The notes: a model not told the origin generated them from the letters alone. Shown: positions 26,657 to 37,081, numbered from the stretch's first letter. The stretch: DNA of 64,000 bases from a virus (IMGVR_UViG_2795385619_000008:14166-78165); one strand, 5' to 3'. Program-made: numbers and translations.

Positions 26657-27061
26657 ATGTCTACTGCTAACTGGCTACGTCGCATGGCGCGTAAGAACAA
26701 CGTTGTCGTGCTTGATGATCCAGAGGCAGTATCCGCAACTCTGCAGATCGCAGCCCGTCTACTGGCAAACGGATGGACCCAAGGAATCCGTTTTGAGCGG
26801 GTAGGCGAACGTATGCGCTACGACATCCTTGGGGCTCTTGACGCCGCAGTAGGTAAGTCGGCAGCGAAGGACGATGTGCGCGCCTGGTGGGGAGCCCACC
26901 GGTTGATTTCGCGAGCGATTCCAGCCGGATTCGGTGGGGATGTTTCGGCCTACAACGACGACCCTGCCCGTACGCAGGGGCAGGTCGTGGAACTCATCCG
27001 TGGAGTCGCCCGGAGTCACGGCGCGGTCCTGCAGGCTCAGAAGAAAGTGACACCAGCGTGA
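26657..27061 (+). CDS. Hypothetical protein, the first early-arm gene.
   Basis: ORF starting MSTANW. Confidence 0.45.
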   Translation: MSTANWLRRMARKNNVVVLDDPEAVSATLQIAARLLANGWTQGIRFERVGERMRYDILGALDAAVGKSAAKDDVRAWWGAHRLISRAIPAGFGGDVSAYNDDPARTQGQVVELIRGVARSHGAVLQAQKKVTPA

Positions 27062-27337
27062 GTGATTCCAGCACAGGCGGCACGATTGGCTGCACCCTGC
27101 TCTTCGGCATCCTTGCCCTCCTGAAGATCTGCCCCTGGGATAACCCAGTCCAGGACTGGTCTTGGTGGTGGGTAACCGCTCCCATGTGGGCCGGAACTGC
27201 CTTCCTACTCGTTATGGCCATGCTTGCCGGGATCCTGGTGCTCATCACCAAGGTGCTCGACAAGACCCTCCCCTGATGTTTCAAATCCCATGGTGGCCAT
27301 GGGTATTCATTCTTTTCGTTTTTCTCTACATAGGAGC

Positions 27338-27976
27338 ATGGTGAGCGAAGCCGTCAAGCATTCAACCCTCGCAGAGGCCCTCGTTGCCTTCCAGGCCGAA
27401 GTTGGCTTCGTCGCCAAGGACACTCAGAACCCATTCTTCAAGTCGAAGTATGCAGACCTTCCCGCAGTGATGCGTGAGGCTCAGCCGGTACTGGCCAAGC
27501 ATGGACTCGCCGTGTCGCAGTTGCCGTCCTTCTTCAACGCCGATGGCAAGGTCTACGACACGCTCAAGACTGTTGTCATCCACGAGAGTGGGCAAGAGGT
27601 CGCATCGACGATGGTCCTCCACCCGGTGAAGAACGACCCCCAGGCTCACGGGTCTGCTATCACCTACGCACGTCGCTACGCCTACATGGCCGCGCTTGGT
27701 CTCGTGGCAGATGTGGACGATGACGGTAACGCGGCATCAACTCCAGTCAGGGCCGCTCCGCGTAAGGCCACGCCGAAGAAGGTCACTACCAACCCCGAAG
27801 CCGCTGAGGCACTCGAGCGCGTAAAGGCCGCAGCCAAGGCTGCCGGTGTCGTGTCGAAGGACGTTCAGGCATGGTTCGCCGAGACGTACCCAGATGGAGG
27901 TGCGGTAGTCAGCTCCACTGATGTGGATGCACTGACCGCGACAGCTGCCCACTTCGAGCTGCTTGCGAGCGCCTAA
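27338..27976 (+). CDS. erf: Erf-family single-strand annealing protein.
   Basis: Erf-like N-terminal region (NPFFKSKYADLPAV...TYARRYAYMAALGL). AGGAGC ribosome-binding site. Confidence 0.65.
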   Translation: MVSEAVKHSTLAEALVAFQAEVGFVAKDTQNPFFKSKYADLPAVMREAQPVLAKHGLAVSQLPSFFNADGKVYDTLKTVVIHESGQEVASTMVLHPVKNDPQAHGSAITYARRYAYMAALGLVADVDDDGNAASTPVRAAPRKATPKKVTTNPEAAEALERVKAAAKAAGVVSKDVQAWFAETYPDGGAVVSSTDVDALTATAAHFELLASA

Positions 27977-28017
27977 TTACTGACTGGGCCATCCCTCGGG
28001 ACCGATACCAGCGACCC

Positions 28018-28875
28018 ATGCTGTTCACCCCTGACGGTGGACGTCGGGTCGCCTACTCGCGATGCTCGACGCTGGCTAAGGATCTCGACAAGCCCGGAGA
28101 TGGGTTGTTCGCCTGGCACCAGGCCAATGCCATGTTCGGTCTCGCGCAGAATCCCCAGCTTCTGAACCGCGTCAAGGCGATTATCGCCAAGGGCGGCTCC
28201 TGGGATTCGAGCAAGGGCGAGATCAAAGAGGTCATCTCACAGGCCGAGACTATCGGCGGGGCGATGAACAAGTCCTCCCGGGGAACTTCCATCCACGATT
28301 TCACGGGTGTTCTGGAAGAGGGGAACCTCGACTGGTCACTGGTCGATGAGGATATGAAGCCCATCCTGGATGGGTACCACGAATTCATCGCATCCCTTCC
28401 CGGGATGAACTTCCTGGCGCGTGAGGTCTTCCTGCAGGCGAATGACCGCATCGAGCTGCCGGATGGCCGGATCGCCACGTTGCGCGCTGCCGGATCCGCC
28501 GATCGCATTGTTGAGTGGAATGGCACTCGCTACATGGTCGACATCAAGACTGGTAAGGACGACCAGTACCGGATGGGTGTCTGCGCTCAGCTAGCGCTCT
28601 ACGTACTTGGCAAGCTCTACCAGGATTCCGCTGTCCATCAGGACATTCCGTGGGCCGACTTCTGGCCGAACGCCGATGGCACCGCTGAGTTCGCTGACCA
28701 TGAGTGTGATACCGAGACCGCTCTGATGTTCCATTGCCCGCAGACACCCGACTCGCGTGGCCGCTGGAAGTGGGGGATCTACGAGGTTCCCCTTGCGCGT
28801 GGCCGAGACATTGTTCTTGGTGGCCAGTGGGCCCGCAAGCTTCGTGTCGTTCCCGAGCTGAAGAGGGTTGCCTGA
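28018..28875 (+). CDS. PD-(D/E)XK exonuclease (Cas4/RecB-like), the partner of Erf.
   Basis: D...D-I-K motif (YMVDIKTGK). Confidence 0.55.
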   Translation: MLFTPDGGRRVAYSRCSTLAKDLDKPGDGLFAWHQANAMFGLAQNPQLLNRVKAIIAKGGSWDSSKGEIKEVISQAETIGGAMNKSSRGTSIHDFTGVLEEGNLDWSLVDEDMKPILDGYHEFIASLPGMNFLAREVFLQANDRIELPDGRIATLRAAGSADRIVEWNGTRYMVDIKTGKDDQYRMGVCAQLALYVLGKLYQDSAVHQDIPWADFWPNADGTAEFADHECDTETALMFHCPQTPDSRGRWKWGIYEVPLARGRDIVLGGQWARKLRVVPELKRVA

Positions 28876-29405
28876 TGTCTGCAGAACCATCCGATCCAGC
28901 AGAGCTCAGTCTCCATGGCGAGATCGATGACAAGGTCGCCCGTAAGACCCTGGGCCATCTTCGTGACATCGATATCAATACACCTGGGCGTCCGATCGAT
29001 CTGATCATCAACTCACCTGGTGGGTCTATGGAGCACGGGGACGCCATCTACGACGAGCTCGTGCGGATGTCTATTGCGGGTGGTGGAGGACACCACGTCA
29101 CCACGCGTGTACGCGGTCGTGCTGCATCTGCCGCTTCCTTGATCCTCCAGGCTGGTGATAAGCGCCTTGGTGGACGAATGAGCTACATCTACATGCACGA
29201 GCCGTTGTCTACGTTCCATGACCAGACGATGGCCCAGGTGCGCAATGAGCTCGAGTTCTGCGAGAAGTGGGTGGAGCGATACATCGACGCCCATGACCGC
29301 TGCAATATCTCATACGCCGAATTCCGTGAACGGATTCGGGACAAAGAGTGGTACCTGGCGATGGATGAGGCTGTGGCGCTGGGGATTGTGGACGGTATCG
29401 GATGA
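28875..29405 (+). CDS. clpP: ClpP-like serine protease.
   Basis: INSPGGS, GRAASAAS and MHEP motifs match the ClpP Ser-His region. Confidence 0.65.
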   Translation: MSAEPSDPAELSLHGEIDDKVARKTLGHLRDIDINTPGRPIDLIINSPGGSMEHGDAIYDELVRMSIAGGGGHHVTTRVRGRAASAASLILQAGDKRLGGRMSYIYMHEPLSTFHDQTMAQVRNELEFCEKWVERYIDAHDRCNISYAEFRERIRDKEWYLAMDEAVALGIVDGIG

Positions 29406-29611
29406 GCAGCGTCAGTGAGCAGCTCGAGATCCAGTCTAAGTCGTTGCCAAAGTGCCACCTGGAGTGGAACTTCGCATATCCGTGCGGAGAGCTGGCGCAC
29501 CGCGATGAGGTTGGCGAACTTACAGAGGCGCAGGCGCGAGACTACGCATCCCAGGATCCTGAGCGGAAGCTGATGCAGCGCACTGTCACTGAATGGTATG
29601 AGGCCGAATGA
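29402..29611 (+). CDS. Hypothetical protein.
   Basis: ORF. Confidence 0.35.
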   Translation: MSSVSEQLEIQSKSLPKCHLEWNFAYPCGELAHRDEVGELTEAQARDYASQDPERKLMQRTVTEWYEAE

Positions 29612-29802
29612 TTGCGAATCTCACCGTCAGTCCCGAATCGGCGAACGTCGAAGAGTTTGGCGGCAGGGTTGTGCGCTCCTTCACGTCGTGGCGGATCGAC
29701 TGGCTCGAGTGCAAGAACGATCAGGCCCGTTGCCTGGAGCGTCGCGCACTGCACTACTCAGACATCCCCGGTGTGCTGCAGGAGATCTACCGCAATGAGT
29801 GA
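29608..29802 (+). CDS. Hypothetical protein.
   Basis: ORF. Confidence 0.35.
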   Translation: MIANLTVSPESANVEEFGGRVVRSFTSWRIDWLECKNDQARCLERRALHYSDIPGVLQEIYRNE

Positions 29803-30172
29803 CGAGCTAGAGGGTTACGACTATACGGATCTCACGCCGGATCACATCGATCGTGAGTTGGACCGGGTGAACTACCTGATCACGAAATGGAACAAGATAC
29901 TCGCTTGGCACCGTGCGCAGAAGGACTGGCGCGCGACTCGATTCGCAGTAGCCGAAGCACGTCAAATGATGTCTTTCGGGGGTGCGGTTGGCAAGGCAAA
30001 GGCTCACGCAGCCAAGGAGACTGAGCAAGAGCGAATCGACCTCGACATCGCCAATGCGCAGCTTGGTCTTTGCGAGCGCCGGTTGTCAGCGCTTGAGAAA
30101 GAACTGATCGCGATCGGAATGCGCTCCAAGCTGCTGGCGCAAGTATTCGGAACCGGTGGAGGAAACTTCTAA
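29795..30172 (+). CDS. Hypothetical protein.
   Basis: ORF. Confidence 0.45.
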   Translation: MSDELEGYDYTDLTPDHIDRELDRVNYLITKWNKILAWHRAQKDWRATRFAVAEARQMMSFGGAVGKAKAHAAKETEQERIDLDIANAQLGLCERRLSALEKELIAIGMRSKLLAQVFGTGGGNF

Positions 30173-30531
30173 TGGCCCGCAAGCCAATCCCAGACCCTAT
30201 CCATCTGCCCCCACAGCCCCCGCAGTTCGATCCATTCGCGATCTCACTGCCATTCGCCATCGCCGAAGCGCCGCGAACGTTCATCAACTTCCTTGCGCTA
30301 CACACAAACATCCCCAAGAGCTACCGCGACAAGATTGCGGACTGGCTTCTCGGATACAACGAGATTCTCGCTGAGTACCTTCATGCAGCTTATGGACCCA
30401 TGGGCGTGGCCGCAGGCGAGGCCATCGCGCAGCAGGTTGGCAAGAACTTCCTGGAGACCGTCGAAGGGTTGTACAAAGAGGCCGAGGGAGACTTCTTCAA
30501 TCGCCTTGAGGATGAGATGCGAGATGAGTAG
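30172..30531 (+). CDS. Hypothetical protein.
   Basis: TAATG overlap. Confidence 0.45.
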   Translation: MARKPIPDPIHLPPQPPQFDPFAISLPFAIAEAPRTFINFLALHTNIPKSYRDKIADWLLGYNEILAEYLHAAYGPMGVAAGEAIAQQVGKNFLETVEGLYKEAEGDFFNRLEDEMRDE

Positions 30532-30838
30532 CTCAGCCCAGATCCCCATCTCGTACGGCGAAGTCTTGTATGTAGCTCTCTCGCATGTCCTCGACTACCT
30601 GGAAGAGCACGGTGAGTACCCAGCAGGAATGGCCACGAACATGCGCGTGGTACTCGCCTCCTACAACCACGACCGGACAAAGGCGCTGCAGGCCAGAGGA
30701 ATCTCCGAAGAAGCTGTGAGGCGATATACCGCCCAGTCAGCTGAGGGCCTCGCAAAGTGGTTGGACAGCAAGGCATTACGCGACGAGAACTCGTCGGTGC
30801 ATTTCGAGGAATGGTCGAAGGAGCTGGGCCTTGAGTGA
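30524..30838 (+). CDS. Hypothetical protein.
   Basis: ORF. Confidence 0.45.
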   Translation: MSSSAQIPISYGEVLYVALSHVLDYLEEHGEYPAGMATNMRVVLASYNHDRTKALQARGISEEAVRRYTAQSAEGLAKWLDSKALRDENSSVHFEEWSKELGLE

Positions 30839-31283
30839 AATTGTGCTTCGACTCGTAGGTAAGTGGCCCGATGAGGGGTGGCAAGACCCGGAGACCGGCG
30901 AAGAGTTCTTCAACGACACTGTACTGGCCGAGGGGTATGGCCAGGTTGGACGCTTCTGTGTCGGCCATAGCGACGACGAACCAGTCATTCTGGCTGCTGA
31001 TGAGTACATGCTCGCCGGGAAGGGCCTCGACCCTGTTCTCATGGATAGGGATCGCATTACGGCGATCAACTCTCCCTTCGGGTTCACGATCCTGCGGTGT
31101 GACGCGGCGAACGGCTACGTCGAGTACCGCGTCCTTGATGACGACGTTGTGTGGTGGGACAAGCCTGAGGAGGAGACGAACCTTCGCTTCTGTGTGAGGA
31201 ACTTCCACGACTGGACTCCCACCATGGACGCGCCAAGTCAGTCCCAAAGCTACATCGAGACAAAGTATCTGGGGGAGATGTGA
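30831..31283 (+). CDS. Hypothetical protein.
   Basis: TTG start. Confidence 0.45.
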   Translation: MSEIVLRLVGKWPDEGWQDPETGEEFFNDTVLAEGYGQVGRFCVGHSDDEPVILAADEYMLAGKGLDPVLMDRDRITAINSPFGFTILRCDAANGYVEYRVLDDDVVWWDKPEEETNLRFCVRNFHDWTPTMDAPSQSQSYIETKYLGEM

Positions 31284-31483
31284 ACTCCGTCCGCGTGCGC
31301 CCCGATAGCCGTATCGGGCAAGCGATCCTGACCCATCCTCGTGAGGATTACCAGGTCGCTGTGTCCCTGACCCATGGTGCCGCTCTTCTGACTATCCCGG
31401 GTGGGAATGCGCTGACCTTGCGCGTAACGAATGAGTTGGATGGTACTTGGCTCACGTTGGAATTCGAGGAGAATGCCCTGTGA
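31280..31483 (+). CDS. Hypothetical protein.
   Basis: GTG start overlapping a stop. Confidence 0.35.
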   Translation: MNSVRVRPDSRIGQAILTHPREDYQVAVSLTHGAALLTIPGGNALTLRVTNELDGTWLTLEFEENAL

Positions 31484-31785
31484 ACCCCCTAGCTTGGCTG
31501 CTGCGGAAGCGCGCCATCATCTTCGGCCAGCTCCAGGAGCCGGACCTCACTCCAGGTTCGTGGCTCTGCTACTACCTGGGTGACTATCTCGTTGCACACC
31601 CCGGCGAGAAGACCGTTAAGTCATCGGTAGTCGAACTCTCTACCGGTGAATTCATCTGGGCCACAGAGACGCCCGAATGGGACCGCGACTGGTTCGAGGC
31701 GCGCGGATTCAACTTCCCTCAGCGCTGGACCCTGTACAGCTCGCTCTCTGGGCTCAATGTCGAAATGAAGGGACTTGGATCCTGA
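31480..31785 (+). CDS. Hypothetical protein.
   Basis: GTGA overlap. Confidence 0.35.
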   Translation: MNPLAWLLRKRAIIFGQLQEPDLTPGSWLCYYLGDYLVAHPGEKTVKSSVVELSTGEFIWATETPEWDRDWFEARGFNFPQRWTLYSSLSGLNVEMKGLGS

Positions 31786-31964
31786 TGCGCCCATCCCATT
31801 TTCACGCACCTGGCATGCCGAACAAGCTGCCGGATCAGCGCCCGTACAAAGACATCAACGGCGAGCTGCAGAGCGGAAAGACAATGTCATTCCCGAAGGT
31901 ACTACGCGGTATGCTGGAACGGCGCAAGGCCGAAGAGTTCAAGAGGGGCAAGCGCAATGGCTGA
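31785..31964 (+). CDS. Hypothetical small protein.
   Basis: ORF. Confidence 0.3.
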   Translation: MRPSHFHAPGMPNKLPDQRPYKDINGELQSGKTMSFPKVLRGMLERRKAEEFKRGKRNG

Positions 31965-32090
31965 CTTCGACGCACTACACGCTGAGCTGCGGGACTGGTG
32001 TGGGGTTTATCAATTCCCGCTGTTCGTCTCCCTGGAGAACTTTCGACGCAAGCTAGTGGAAGCCATGCTTGCGTTCAACTCGTCTTTGTT

Positions 32091-32444
32091 GTGACGGAGA
32101 GGCTCTGCCGGATTGAGATCCCTCGGCGCTCAGGTGGGCTGTGTGAGCGCTGCGGCATCGGAGGTGGGTTGTCCATGCACCACCGCAAGAAGAGGTCTCA
32201 GGGAGGCCCCTGGAGCCTCGACAACATCGTCCACGTCTGCGGCCACGGAACTGTCGGGTGCCACGGTTGGATCGAACACAACCCCAACGCAGCACACTCT
32301 GAGGGATATCACGTAAGGCCTTGGGAAGAACCAAGTTCCATCCCGATCTACCAGCACCACCTGGGAAAGTTCACCCACATGAACCTACTAGGGGGCGAAT
32401 ATCATAGAGACGTTGATCTACGAGACCCATGGTCCGACAACTGA
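32091..32444 (+). CDS. HNH endonuclease.
   Basis: CERCG...HHRKKRSQGG...DNIVHVCGHGTVGCHGWIEH. Confidence 0.6.
   Translation: MTERLCRIEIPRRSGGLCERCGIGGGLSMHHRKKRSQGGPWSLDNIVHVCGHGTVGCHGWIEHNPNAAHSEGYHVRPWEEPSSIPIYQHHLGKFTHMNLLGGEYHRDVDLRDPWSDN
32373..32384 (-). repeat. Motif copy ACCCACATGAAC inside the HNH coding sequence.
   Basis: Exact 12-mer. Confidence 0.4.
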
Positions 32445-32465
32445 TCCCGAACGAATCGAGAGCTT

Positions 32466-32900
32466 ATGAGTATCACCCTTCCTGACGTGACCGTTGTCGG
32501 AACCCTCACCCGGGATCCTGAACTGCGCTTCACCGGCAGCGGTAAGGCTGTCGTGAGTGTGTCGGTCGCAACGAACACCCGCAAGAAGGATCCGGCTGGC
32601 AACTGGGTCGACGGCGACACCACCTTCCTGAACGGCAACGTGTGGGACAAGTTCGCGGAGAACATCGCTGAGAGTCTCTCTCGCGGAGACCGAGTCATCG
32701 GCCACGGCCAGATCAAGCAGCGCGAGTTCGAGACGAATGCAGGTGAGAAGCGTCGCGTCCTGGAGGTGGAGTTCGACTCCTTCGGCCCTGATCTGCGATT
32801 CGCAACCGCTGCACCACAGAAGGCCGGTGGCGGTGCACGTCAGAAGCCCGCTGAAGATGCATGGGGTGGCGACGCCAACAACGATGAACCGGATTGGTGA
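32466..32900 (+). CDS. ssb: Single-stranded DNA-binding protein.
   Basis: OB-fold SSB N-terminus, acidic tail DEPDW. Confidence 0.8.
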   Translation: MSITLPDVTVVGTLTRDPELRFTGSGKAVVSVSVATNTRKKDPAGNWVDGDTTFLNGNVWDKFAENIAESLSRGDRVIGHGQIKQREFETNAGEKRRVLEVEFDSFGPDLRFATAAPQKAGGGARQKPAEDAWGGDANNDEPDW

Positions 32901-33415
32901 GCGAGAAGCTCACCCCCGGCGAGGCGCGTAAGAAACACGCTCGGTCCTTCAGGCAGTTCTGGGATGCGTATCCCAAACACATTGCCATCAGTGAGGCCGA
33001 GCGTGTTTTCGCTGACCTCGTTGAGAATAAGGGGCAAGATCCGGCCAGGCTGATTACGTCAGCGCAGAACTTCGCAATGACATGCGATCCAAACGATCTG
33101 ACGTATGTCCCCTCGGCGCATTCCTGGCTCAAGCAGGGCCGGTACGACGATGTCGACCTGTTCGCCGATGAGCGAGCGGCACAGCGAAATTGGCTGAAGC
33201 AGCAATGGAAAAGCGCAAACGTCAAGGCAGTTGAGGACCGATTCGGTATCAAGATGCCCAAGCTGTATCCGCCTGATGAGATGACCAACCCTGAGGCTAT
33301 TCGCTTCTGGCACAGGGAGGAATCGCGGGCATGGATCACCAAAGTTTATAGAGAGAAGGTCGAGTGTCAGGAGACCGAGAGCCAGCCCACGACCTCCGAG
33401 CCGAGCAAGGCGTAA
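32894..33415 (+). CDS. Hypothetical protein.
   Basis: ORF. Confidence 0.45.
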   Translation: MVSEKLTPGEARKKHARSFRQFWDAYPKHIAISEAERVFADLVENKGQDPARLITSAQNFAMTCDPNDLTYVPSAHSWLKQGRYDDVDLFADERAAQRNWLKQQWKSANVKAVEDRFGIKMPKLYPPDEMTNPEAIRFWHREESRAWITKVYREKVECQETESQPTTSEPSKA

Positions 33416-34659
33416 TTGGTGCCCTTCTCCTGAACCCTGATGTGTTCTCCAAACTGGAGGGCCTGAGGGCAGACTACTTCTACCACCCCACAAACGAGCT
33501 CCTCTTCACATGCATCCAGGGGATGTATGCGGAGGCCGTGCCAATCGACGCCATGACGGTGTTTGACCGACTGCGCCGCAATAAGGAACTCCGTCAGTCT
33601 GGCGGTGCCCCCTACCTGCAAACCTGCATGGAGCACTGCAATGTTCCTGGGAACGTGGGGTACTACGCGCGGATCGTCACCGAGCAGTGGAAGATCCGCA
33701 CCGTCAACAGCCTCGGTCAGAGGTTTCAGCAGCTTCACGACGACCCGGGAGAGATCCCTGAGGCGCTTGAGGCCGCGCGCTCATTCCTGGACCAGCTCGA
33801 TGACATGCAGGAGGTCTATTCTCTCGGCTTCCGAGACCTCTACGACCAGTGGTCGACGGCGCAGGAAGACGATCGGCCCTTCCTACCCACTCCGTGGCGC
33901 AACGTCAATGAGCAGCTTGGCGGGGGATATCAGAGCCAGCGCCTGTACGTGACCGGCGCACGCCCTGGATGTGGCAAGACGATCTTTGGAACGCAGGTGT
34001 CGTGGCACATTGCCAAGCAGGGCTTTGAGACGCTCGTGTTCTCACTGGAGCTCTCGAAGGACGACCTGATGGGTCGACTCGCTGCGTGCGGCACTGAAAC
34101 CGCATACACCCCAATCTTCCGGCGCAAGATGGACCCATCTCAGCAGGAGAAGATCAGCCGCTGGGCAGCGGACAACGCGGAGATCCGGTTCACGATTGAT
34201 GATGAGCCAGACCTCACTATTGAGGAGATCGCCCAGCGCTGCCGCGTACACAAGCAGCGCAATGGCCTGGACTTCGTGTTCATTGACTACTTGCAGCTTG
34301 TCAAGTCAGCCAAGCGGTTTGACTCGCGTGTGCTTGAGGTCGACTACATCGCAACCATGGCGCGTAGTATCGCTCGCCGCCTGGATTGCGCGGTTCTTGT
34401 TGCAGCACAGCTCAATCGGAGCCTTGAACAGACGAACGGAAAGCCGCGCATGCCGAACAAGTCAGACTTCCGTGAATCTGGGGGTATTGAACAGACCGCT
34501 GACGTCGCGGTGATCCTCGCGCGGCCACCTGCCTCTAACGGTGATGGTGAGGACCAGAGCGTCCCACTGATGAATGCGTGCTTCGTGAAGAACCGACAGG
34601 GCCCTGAGGATGTCGTGATCCTCGCCGAGCGTTTCGACCAGATGCGGTTTGCGGCATGA
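33364..34659 (+). CDS. dnaB: DnaB-like replicative helicase.
   Basis: Walker A GARPGCGKT, VFIDYLQLV. Confidence 0.8.
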   Translation: MSGDREPAHDLRAEQGVIGALLLNPDVFSKLEGLRADYFYHPTNELLFTCIQGMYAEAVPIDAMTVFDRLRRNKELRQSGGAPYLQTCMEHCNVPGNVGYYARIVTEQWKIRTVNSLGQRFQQLHDDPGEIPEALEAARSFLDQLDDMQEVYSLGFRDLYDQWSTAQEDDRPFLPTPWRNVNEQLGGGYQSQRLYVTGARPGCGKTIFGTQVSWHIAKQGFETLVFSLELSKDDLMGRLAACGTETAYTPIFRRKMDPSQQEKISRWAADNAEIRFTIDDEPDLTIEEIAQRCRVHKQRNGLDFVFIDYLQLVKSAKRFDSRVLEVDYIATMARSIARRLDCAVLVAAQLNRSLEQTNGKPRMPNKSDFRESGGIEQTADVAVILARPPASNGDGEDQSVPLMNACFVKNRQGPEDVVILAERFDQMRFAA

Positions 34660-34979
34660 AGCTCTGGAACTCAAGCCAGGAGTGGTACCAGTACGTACAG
34701 TGCGGTGGGGATATCCGATTCATTATGGATCCCAACGAACTTGGACCGAAAGACACTGCTGAGGTCAAAGCAATTTGCGCGCAGTGCCCGGTGCGGCCCG
34801 AGTGCCTGAAGGCCAATTGCGTTGACCGACAGGAGGCTACGGTCTGGGTGGCTGGGGAATGGATCCCTGAGATGCCTGGCAAGACGAAGAACGCGAAGGC
34901 TCGCCGCGCATCGTTCTATTCAGGCATGGCCAGCCGCATCCCCGCTGAAGAGGCCGTCCGGCCCGATTTCATCCGGTAG
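34656..34979 (+). CDS. whiB: WhiB-family Fe-S transcription factor.
   Basis: CAQCPVRPEC plus an upstream Cys. Confidence 0.7.
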   Translation: MKLWNSSQEWYQYVQCGGDIRFIMDPNELGPKDTAEVKAICAQCPVRPECLKANCVDRQEATVWVAGEWIPEMPGKTKNAKARRASFYSGMASRIPAEEAVRPDFIR

Positions 34980-35108
34980 ACGGCAAACCTCACCCAGTAG
35001 TTGTTTGGTAATCAACAATCCCCAGATTTTTACCCCATGTGACCGGGGTTACAGTCTCCTGACAGGGAGCTGGGAGGAAGCTAATGGGGAGGTGGGGGAT
35101 CGTTTGCA

Positions 35109-35120
35109 GTTCATGTGGGT
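35109..35120 (+). promoter_or_regulatory. Motif copy GTTCATGTGGGT.
   Basis: Exact. Confidence 0.5.
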
Positions 35121-35125
35121 GCCGC

Positions 35126-35602
35126 ATGTCATACCCTCTCGGTATGGTGATTCCAACGACGGACAGCCAACCGGGGAGGTTGACGGTCTGTCGCGTGAGA
35201 AGGTTCGGACGTAAAGGTAGCGGGTCGTTGAGTAGGAACCGAAGTTCGGCGAAAGCCGCAGGGGCGAAGTTCAATCGCCTTATTGTTGATGGGCTGCGAG
35301 AGGCATTGCAGGATCCCAACATTCAAGTTGCACCAAGCTGGGGGAGTGTCGACAAGGGTGACGTTGTCAACTTCCGAATCGGTGGCCAAGACATCGTTAT
35401 CGAAACTAAGGACGTAACTACATTAAGCCTTCCCGAAGGGGTCGGGGAGGCTAAAGTGGAGGCCAAGAACGCGGGCGCTCTTGCCGGGTTCTTCGTTCAC
35501 AAGCGCAAGGGCACAACCGATCCCATGAAGCAGTGGGTTAGCTGTACTCTCGCCGAACTTGTCGCACTTGCAACAAAAATTCCGGTACACGACCGGGATT
35601 GA
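35126..35602 (+). CDS. PD-(D/E)XK fold nuclease, Holliday-junction-resolvase-like. The start is uncertain.
   Basis: GDVVNF...DIVIETKD motif. Confidence 0.45.
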   Translation: MSYPLGMVIPTTDSQPGRLTVCRVRRFGRKGSGSLSRNRSSAKAAGAKFNRLIVDGLREALQDPNIQVAPSWGSVDKGDVVNFRIGGQDIVIETKDVTTLSLPEGVGEAKVEAKNAGALAGFFVHKRKGTTDPMKQWVSCTLAELVALATKIPVHDRD

Positions 35603-36247
35603 TTGAAGGGATACAACCGAATGACCGCTATCATCGACCACCCATCACCGGCTAGCGACCTGGATCTTGATTGGCGCAGCAAAGCTGTGTGCGATCCATC
35701 TGATACTGAGTCCCACTTCCAGACCGTGGAAGACCTCGTAGAGGATGGAGTTCCACAGGAGCTGGCTACAGAAATGGTGGCCTATGCCGAACAACGCGCA
35801 AAGGCCACATGCTCGCGCTGCCCCGTGAGGGATATGTGCCGTACCTGGGCCCTGGAGAACGGGGAGGAGTTCGGCATCTGGGGTGGAACCACCCCCGCTG
35901 AGCGCGCTGCGTTGCGCCCCGAGTGGCCCGCGATCAAGAAGATCACCTATCTGCCGGTAGAGCCACTACCGGGCGAGGCTCTCCATGAGCACAACGGGGT
36001 GGATACCCGCTACCGCAATCGCCTGGTGAAGGCGCGGTTGGCTCACGAGATGCTGTCCTCTCAGCCTGAGTTCGCTGTGTTCCACCGTCGCGTGGGTCAC
36101 CAGGGCCGTCAGGCATGCTTGGACGTGGTGGATGCAATCATTGCCAATCCCTCCACTCCTACTACGGATCTGGCTGCACGCATTGGGAAGTCATCGAACT
36201 TCTTTAGCCAGTTGTTCAGTTTGGTGTGCCGCGAGCTGGGTATCTAG
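35603..36247 (+). CDS. WhiB-like domain protein with a C-terminal extension.
   Basis: CSRCPVRDMC..GIWGG core. Confidence 0.55.
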   Translation: MKGYNRMTAIIDHPSPASDLDLDWRSKAVCDPSDTESHFQTVEDLVEDGVPQELATEMVAYAEQRAKATCSRCPVRDMCRTWALENGEEFGIWGGTTPAERAALRPEWPAIKKITYLPVEPLPGEALHEHNGVDTRYRNRLVKARLAHEMLSSQPEFAVFHRRVGHQGRQACLDVVDAIIANPSTPTTDLAARIGKSSNFFSQLFSLVCRELGI

Positions 36248-36377
36248 CAAACCCGGTCTCGCTCACCATCGCTATATAATATAAGTAGCTGCTGTAGAGC
36301 TACGCTCCAGTAGTCGCCCCGGTCGATGTATCTAGACGCCCTCTCATGCGCCGCCGACCGGGGCTCTACTTTTTCTC

Positions 36378-36389
36378 ACCCACATGAAC
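36378..36389 (-). promoter_or_regulatory. Motif copy ACCCACATGAAC whose ATG is the start of the gene at 36384.
   Basis: Exact. Confidence 0.5.
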
Positions 36390-36632
36390 CCCGACCACGT
36401 CGATACCATTCTATTTATGGATGGAAATGACTGGGGCGCAACAGCATCACTGAATGGCAGCATTCAGGCGCTCTCGGAAACCATTGCGACACAGAAGCTT
36501 CAGGTCGCAGAGCTGAACAAGCAGGTTGGCGACGCGTACTTCGCACTTGGTGAGGTCTACGGCATCGCCGTCCGATCTGGATACGCATCGATTGAACGTG
36601 CGATCGAGCGGTGGGCAGGACTCAACCGATGA
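36384..36632 (+). CDS. Hypothetical protein beginning MNP.
   Basis: ORF. Confidence 0.45.
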   Translation: MNPDHVDTILFMDGNDWGATASLNGSIQALSETIATQKLQVAELNKQVGDAYFALGEVYGIAVRSGYASIERAIERWAGLNR

Positions 36633-37081
36633 GCCGACCACCCGATGTCACGTTGAATCGACAGGATGGAACTCCATACCTGTTGCGGTGGCACGTGATC
36701 CCGCGCAACAAGCGATTCAACATCTACCTTCACAAGTTCCTTGGTTCGGATGATGACCGCGCACTTCACGACCATCCCTGGTGGTTCGTCTCGATCCTGC
36801 TGGACGGCCAGTATTGGGAGCACCGCGAGGACGGGTCTCGGAATCTGCGCAAGGCCCCGAGTGTTGCCTTCCGGCGAGCCACCACGGCTCATCGCGTGGA
36901 GTTGGAAACAGGGGCTCTGGTCGACCCGTGGGATCCAAACGAGGTGTGGGCGCGTTACGAGATCCCCGCTACGACCCTGATCATCACCGGACCGAAGGTG
37001 CGGTCCTGGGGATTTCACTGCCCCAATGGTTGGAAGCACTGGCGAAAGTTCATTAATCACAACGGATGTGGAGAGAAATGA
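36628..37081 (+). CDS. Hypothetical protein.
   Basis: ATGA overlap. Confidence 0.45.
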
